The notes beneath the pieces are model-generated. The model did not search any database, had not been told where the DNA came from, and worked only from the letters and a program-made list of their open reading frames with translations. This document shows positions 63,659 to 64,000 of a DNA stretch of 64,000 nucleotides, one piece after another. The stretch lies in NCBI GenBank assembly GCA_025449535.1, contig JANWJF010000001.1, forward strand, positions 219,406 to 283,405. Reading direction: 5' to 3'. A program made the translations under genes and the position numbers. This stretch comes from Candidatus Saccharimonadia bacterium (GTDB lineage Bacteria; Patescibacteriota; SICC01). The number at the start of each line of letters is the position of its first letter. Within the stretch, counting starts at the first letter, position 1.

Positions 63659-64000
63659 TTAGCGCACCAACGAGAGGTCCCGCTTGATCACGACCGGCGC
63701 GAACCCCGCGATCTCGTCCCGCAGCATTCCATCCGGGACGTCGTTCCACAGGAATATCTTCTTCCCAAGCTCGAACGCCTTGAACATCTCCAGGAACGTC
63801 GCCCCGCCGACGTAGTTCTCCTGGTCTCCCTTGGCCTCGTTGATGACCAGGATCGCGTCGTTGGCCCGGACCTTGCGTTCCTGCTCGCGCAGCATCTCCG
63901 CTTTCCATGCGGCGTGCCGCTCCGGATTACCGGCCTTGAGCCCGTCCTCCCGACCCGGATCGTCGAAGCTGTTCGGAAGCGTGACTTGATGGCCGGACTC
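63659..64000 (-). CDS. Conserved hypothetical protein, nucleoside 2-deoxyribosyltransferase-like (5' partial)
   Basis: GHQVTLP...DAILVIN..K....NYVGG.TFLE..A..L.KKIFL; open to window edge. Confidence 0.7.
   Translation of the reverse strand, partial: ESGHQVTLPNSFDDPGREDGLKAGNPERHAAWKAEMLREQERKVRANDAILVINEAKGDQENYVGGATFLEMFKAFELGKKIFLWNDVPDGMLRDEIAGFAPVVIKRDLSLVR

Overview
High-GC bacterial chromosomal window, most consistent with Patescibacteria/CPR (inferred from DUF4012, DUF5667, two 'YQAVFLxNG' proteins, short YidC and a giant surface protein). Bases 1-13 kb are an accessory region rich in orphan genes. It holds a duplicated module made of a conserved leader, a small CxxCxGxG zinc-finger ORF and a 108-nt structured 3' element that is far more conserved than the ORF. 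It also holds an ice-binding protein/class F sortase pair and a ~600-aa protein built from five tandem DnaA domain-IV-like units. The middle carries transporters, a RelA/SpoT homologue, a histidine kinase, lgt, a pentose phosphate cluster (gnd, rpiB-rpe fusion, tal, zwf), glycosyltransferases, tRNA-Val, msrB, thrS-miaA-murT-gatD-pyrE-pyrF (URA3-like PyrF), yifB and infC (AUA start). A 7.8-kb phage-fibre-like surface protein gene and a membrane-anchored copy of its C-terminal domain lie between infC and rpmI-rplT. The right end has tRNA-Glu, an Rpf-like transglycosylase, yidC and a polysaccharide locus. Many genes look leaderless. No CRISPR array, integrase, transposase or reverse transcriptase was seen. 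All family calls are by-eye motif recognition, not database searches.
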